DNA of 64,000 bases, from contig CAJLYQ010000001.1 in NCBI GenBank assembly GCA_905210905.1, positions 4,664-68,663 of the forward strand. The letters run 5' to 3'. A program made the position numbers and the translations under genes. The notes under the pieces are model-generated. The model worked only from the letters and a program-made list of their open reading frames with translations, made no database searches and had not been told where the DNA came from. Position 1 is the first letter of the stretch. Every line of letters starts with the position of its first letter. This document shows positions 33,301 through 39,300 of this stretch, one piece after another. The stretch comes from an uncultured Christensenella sp. (GTDB lineage Bacteria; Bacillota; Clostridia; Christensenellales; DTU072).

Positions 33301-36300
33301 AGCAGGTCGTATTCTTCGTCTACGTCGTTATAACCGAACAAACTTACTTTAAGGTTGGGCGAATAACCGGGGTAGTACGGATTGTCCGTGCCGCCGTCCG
33401 GGTTTTCTCCGAAGTATTGTTCTATATTTTCCACTCCGAACGCCGCAAGTATGGAATAAATCGCCGCGCTCGTGATTTCCGCCGCTATAAAGTCTTTGTT
33501 TTTACGGGTGTCGATACCGATAACGAAACTGCCCAGCACGTTGAGTGCGCTCGACGCGCTCGTCGCCAGCGCTGCGGGAGCGTTGGACGGCGTTTCTTCG
33601 TCGTTTCCTTTATCGTTCTTGTTGAACATCTTCGAGTAGTCGATACCGAAACTCTTTCCTATCGCCACGACGAACGCGCTTACGTCGTCAAGCACGATGG
33701 GTTCTACTCCCAAGAATGCGAAGTTAAGATAAATCTTGCCGTAAATCGGGCTTTGTCCCAGACTTTCGTCCCCTTCTTTGAGCGTGACGAACAAACTCAT
33801 CACGTTGCCCATATAATAGTCGCCGCATCTGCCGTAGAGTTCGTTCCAGAACTTCTGATACCTTTCTTCGGGCATAATCGCGCCGTACAGGTTTTCCATT
33901 TCGTCTTCGATGCTTTCCATAAGGTCGAAGAAGAACTTTCCGCCGCCATCGATAAGATTTTCCGCTTCGGTCTTAGCCGGGTCGCCGGCGTTCTCGTTGC
34001 GGCTTGCGGCGAAGTTTTTAAGCAACACCCAACGTCTTTCGTAGGTGTCCGCCGAACCGAAATACTCGTCCATTATCGTACGCCAGCCCTTGCCGGTTTC
34101 GTCGTTTTTGCCGAGTTCTTCGTATATATCGTGGTTGGTCTTCGATGTGAGCGTAAGGTAAAGTTCTATGCCGTCGAATTTCGACATAGTCATCATATTT
34201 GCGTTTGCGCGGATTTCGAGATAGTTGGTTTGTGCGAAAATATCGTTTTCGTCTATTCCTACCCTAAGTCCGATTTCCGGGTCACGATCGTCGAATATCG
34301 CGCCGTAAAGAAGTTTGAACAGGTAGTCGTAGTTGAGCGTTTCGCCCATCTGACCGAGTTCGAACGACGCGTATCCGCCTATCGCCGCGCCGATATTTGC
34401 AAGTTTTTCTATTTCGACGAACTTGCTTTCGTCGGGTCTGTCCGGCGCTTTGTCAAGGTTAAGGCTGATTTCGCCCGCGCCTATCTTGATCGCGCTCTTG
34501 CCGCCTTTGTCGTTGGCGAGATTAACCGATACGTCAACGCCGAGGTTGTCGCTGAAGTTGAGCATAACCGCCGCGTTAAAGTCGATTTTGCCTTCGAGTT
34601 GATCGGTAAGGTCGATTCCGGCAAGCAGGTTAAGAACGTTAAGGACGGCGGATTTCGCCACGCCGATACCGAGTTCTCCCTTGTAGAACATTACGTCGAG
34701 ATAGGTCTTTGCGGTAACGCCTTCGCCGGTAAGATAAACCACGTCGTCGCCTGCGGCGTTTTGCGCCACGTTAAATACCTTTCCGTGTTCTCCGCTCGGC
34801 GCGGCGTTGCTCGCGCGGTACGCGTTTTTCGGGTTTTGTCCGTTTTCGTCCAGTCCGAAGAATTTATATACGGATTTTATCGTTTCCGAACCGAACATAT
34901 CCGTACCGAGATACTTGAACACTTCCGTCCAGATTACCGTTATGTCGTCGAGTTTTACCTGTCCTATTCCGAATATGTCGGTGTCGATGTAAATCGCTCC
35001 GCGGAATTCCGAATAACTCGTGTTGACCGAGCCGTCGTAGTAGAACGTAAGCACGGTTTCCGCACTTCTTCTCTTTTCGTTGTTGGTAAGTTCTTTTACG
35101 ATGTTGTTTTCGTCGTCTACCGAGTAGTCCTTACCTTTTTCGCCGAGCCATCTCTTAATCGTGACTTTGAGCGTACTCGAATATATATTGTTAAAGTTGA
35201 CGAGCGCTTCCGCGTCGATAAACAACGTCGCGTTGATGTTTTCAAACAACTGCGCGATGACTTTTACGCCGAGTTCGTTAAGGTTAATCTTGACCGAACC
35301 GGACAAAAGTTTGTCCCAGGCGAGCGCAACGTGCTCTTTGCTGTCTTTGGTTATGCCGAGATAATCGGCGTTGTCTTTTTTCTGCTGATTTTCGATATCC
35401 GTCCAGGTAGCCTCGTAGACTTTGTCCATTTCCGCTTTGCGCGTCTTCTGATCGTCGTCTTCTTCGCTGCGGTAGTTGTCGTAAAGTTGGTTCCAGGCGG
35501 TGCGTTTAAGGTCGATTATTCCGTCCGGCGTTTCCGTCTTGTCGGGATTTTTGTCCGCTATTTCGTTATAAAACGCTTCGAGTTCTACCGATTTGAACGC
35601 CGAATTACTCAAAAATCTGTTGAGAAGGTCGGTCAGATCATAGTCCGTAACGTCTTTGTTTTCCGCTTCGGCAAGGTTGTTGACAACGTTTTGCAAGGTA
35701 ATTCCGACGGACGCTTCGACGTATACCGAGTCGGGGATACCGGTGGGCATTCCTACGTCGCCGAACTTGTCGACGTTAACCGCGTAGCGGCTTCTTTCGT
35801 TCGGGTCGATGCTCGCTTCGAGTTCGTTTATCGCAAGCAAAATCGAATAAACGTCGCCGAGTTTTGCCATAACTTCCAGTCTTAAACCGGCGGAGAAGTC
35901 CAGCCCGAGCCCTAAGTAGTTTATGTTTATGATTTCGCCGAGTTCGGGGTATCCCAAACCGGTGATAACCGCGTTGATTACTTCCTGCGTGAGTTCGAAC
36001 GTCAGTTTGCCCCTGTTCCAGACGAACTGCAACGCTATCGCGCCGACGTCGGTAAGGTAGGATTTCTGATTGCCCGAATCCGGTCCGATTATGCTCGCCG
36101 CGTTGGACGGAGCGAGTCTTTCGCTGTCCGCTTTGAGAGCGGCGTTGAGCGCCTGCGGCGCGTCGTATACGCCGAAGTTCGCCATTTCTTTGCCGTTAAG
36201 CAACGACAGCATAGTGTAGGCTATGATTTTAGCGTTGTCGGACTTGTTGATGCCGGCGGTTTCCGCCTGCGCGTCGACGTAGCCCTGAATAAGTTGCGCC

Positions 36301-39300
36301 TCGCCTTTTTCGTATCTCGTGCGGTACTCTTCCGTCGCTCTTATCTGAGCCGCGGTCATCGTTTCGTAGTTGCCGCCGAGTCTGCGAAGGTCCGCTATAA
36401 CGTTTGCGGACAGAGTGCTCTTAGCCGAAGTGTACTCGGTCGAGTTTACGTACGACGCGCTGAAATACTGTTTCTTCTTCGCGACGTTGTTCATATAAGC
36501 GTCGTTCAGCGTGGGAATAACGCTCGGCGCGCCTTCTCTCGTGGCGCTCCAGTAAGCGACGTATTTGTTTATGTACTCGTCGTAGCCGCTGTACGCCTCG
36601 GATTTCATTTGCGCCAGGAACAGTTTGTAATCGAAGTCGCTCTCGCCGTAACTGTTAGTGCGGAGTTTGTTTTCCACGTCGACGACGTTGAGCGTAACCG
36701 ACTTACCGTCTCTTATTACGGGAGAAATCGTGACGAAAGACGTTTCCGTCCTGCCGTCGTAAACGTGTATCTCGCCGTCGGCTTTAACTTCGTATTTTAC
36801 GAAACCGGGGTTGAGTTTGGGCGTGTTGTCGCCGCTTGCGGTGCGGAACACTTTTTCTATATCGCTCTTAACGTAAACGTAGGCGTTGTAGTGTTCTTTC
36901 AGATCGCCGAAATAAAGTTTGGAATAATCGTCCTTGTCTTCTTCCTGCGCCTGCAAAATTCTCTCGTTCCAGACAAAGTACTTATAGTCGCTTACGGGGA
37001 ACTCGGTTTCGTAATAACCTTTGCCCGAAGTCGATACCGTACTTCCCTTGTACTGCGAATATTGATTTTCAAGGAAGTAAGTGAGCATCGTCTGACGATA
37101 CGCTTCGTCCATAAACGCCGCTTCTTCGTCGTAGACGAACAGCGTTTCGCCGCTCGTTTTGTCTTCGACGTAGGTTTCCGCCCACAACGCGTCGAACTGC
37201 GCCGCTCTTATGCCTTTATACGTGTTGCGGACGTCGCTGAGCGCGAGAAGGTCCATTCCGAAATAACTTAAATCGACGTACGCTTTGTTGTCTTTAAGGT
37301 AAATACCGACGATTACTTTGTACTGCGAACCGTCCGCCGCAGTATAACCCGAACCGTCGGGTTCGGACGCGTCGAACATAATTACCGACAATTCGCTTGC
37401 GAAAATGTCCGAAACGTCTATCGTTCCTTTAACCGCTATACCTAGGTTAAGTCCTTTCTTGTTGTTGCTTGATACGTCCGAGAAATAATCGTTGTAGAAA
37501 CGAACGACTACCGTCTTTAACAGCGCGCTGTAATCGGCAAGACTTTCCGACGGCACGAGTTGCGACAAAACGTCGTTTATCTTATCCCATTCCGTCTTTT
37601 CTTCGGACGCGGAAACTTCGAGCATTACTTCGACGTTTACCGAAACCTGAAGGTCTTTCGACCATTCCGCTATGCTCGTGTATTCGCTTGCGGCGGTCGT
37701 CAACGGACCCTTAAAGGTAGGAACGTCGGTTTTTGCGACGTTAATCGTGTCGATAAGCGTAAGATCGAGATAGAAGAATTCTTTTTCTTCGTTGGCGTAG
37801 TCCACTATTCCGACGTGCGCTCTCGCAAACGCTCTGTCTTTGAGTTTTTCTTTGAGAACGAGCGAACTGACTTCTCTCTCGTTGCCGTCTTTGTCGATAA
37901 CTTTGTCGCCCGTAGCGGTAGCGGTGTACAGATTGCCGCCTTCGTCCGTGAAAATCTTGTTGCCGTCCGCGTCTTTGTCGAGTTCCGTTCCGAGATGAAC
38001 GTAGAGAGAACCGTTGACTTCGGGAAGTCCGTCCTTAACGGCGAGTCCGGCAAGACCCATTACCATAGTAACGAGATCCCTGTTTACGATAACTCCGAGC
38101 GCACCGTCTTTGACGGTAACCGAGTTTATCATTCCGCCTACCATATCGAGTATGGAGTTGTCCGCCGGATTAACGTCCACTCCGCCGTCGTCCGCGTTGC
38201 GCAATAAATTTTTGGTGATATAAAACGCTTTCGCCGCGCTCGACGGATTGTCTTTGTCGTATCCGACGACGCCGAGATACGCAAGTAGCGTCGCTATGTC
38301 CAATCCTTTGCCGTTAAGCATATTCGCTATGCCGGTGTTCGTTATGCTGAGTCTGGGAACGTTGCCGTAAATGATCTCGGTAAGTCCGAGTACCGTGTGC
38401 AATTGTTCGGTAAGGTTTTTGTCCGCGTCCGGGCTTACTTCCGTGTTTATGTACAGCGTGTCGGTAGCGCCGCCGACGTAGTAAAGTTCTAAGAACGGGT
38501 ATCCGCCGAACTGTTCGAACTTGTTGCCGTTTTTGTCAAGGAAGTACAGGTCGATTACCGCTTTTGCGGACGAAAGGTCCACGAGCGACGCGGCAAGTTG
38601 TATTTCGTATCCTATTCTGAGTTCGCTTGCGCTCTGAACTTTGACCGAAGCGAGAAGTTGTCCTAAGTTTATACCCATCTTAGCGAGATAATTCTCGGTA
38701 AGATATTTCATTATCGAGTCGAGATTAAGGCTCGTGCCTTCGTCGCTGCCTATGGCGAAGTTGCCGGCGACGGTTGCGGCGTACGACAAAGTCGTACTGA
38801 GTTCTTTATACTCGTTTCTTAATTTCTCCGCTTCGTCTTTGTTGGTCGGTCTTAAATTCTTGTCGAGTCCGAGTGCGGAGAAGTCGAATTCGGGCATTTT
38901 GAAATAACTTATGCCCGTGTTGTATCCGCCGCCTTCTTTGTCAGAACCGATACCCACTTTGAGAGAAACTCTGTCGTTTACGTCCGCGCCCACTCTTATC
39001 GAACTGAGCGGATCCGCAAAATCCAGTCCGACCGTCACGCGGTCGATACCGATACCGTTTTCGTAATGCAGCGATCCGTCGTCTTCTTCCACGAGCGTCA
39101 TTCCGCCGACAAACATCGACATAAGGGTGTTTATCGCGTAGTTGTCGAGAGAAACTTCGAGTTTCGACGATTTGCCTTTCTTGGGCAGTTTCAGATACTT
39201 ATAACGCCCGTCTTCGTCCGGTTCTTTCTTTTCCGCAATCAACAGTTCTATAAGTTTCATCGCGTCAAACCCGGTCGGTTCGGTAATAACCACGCTGGAC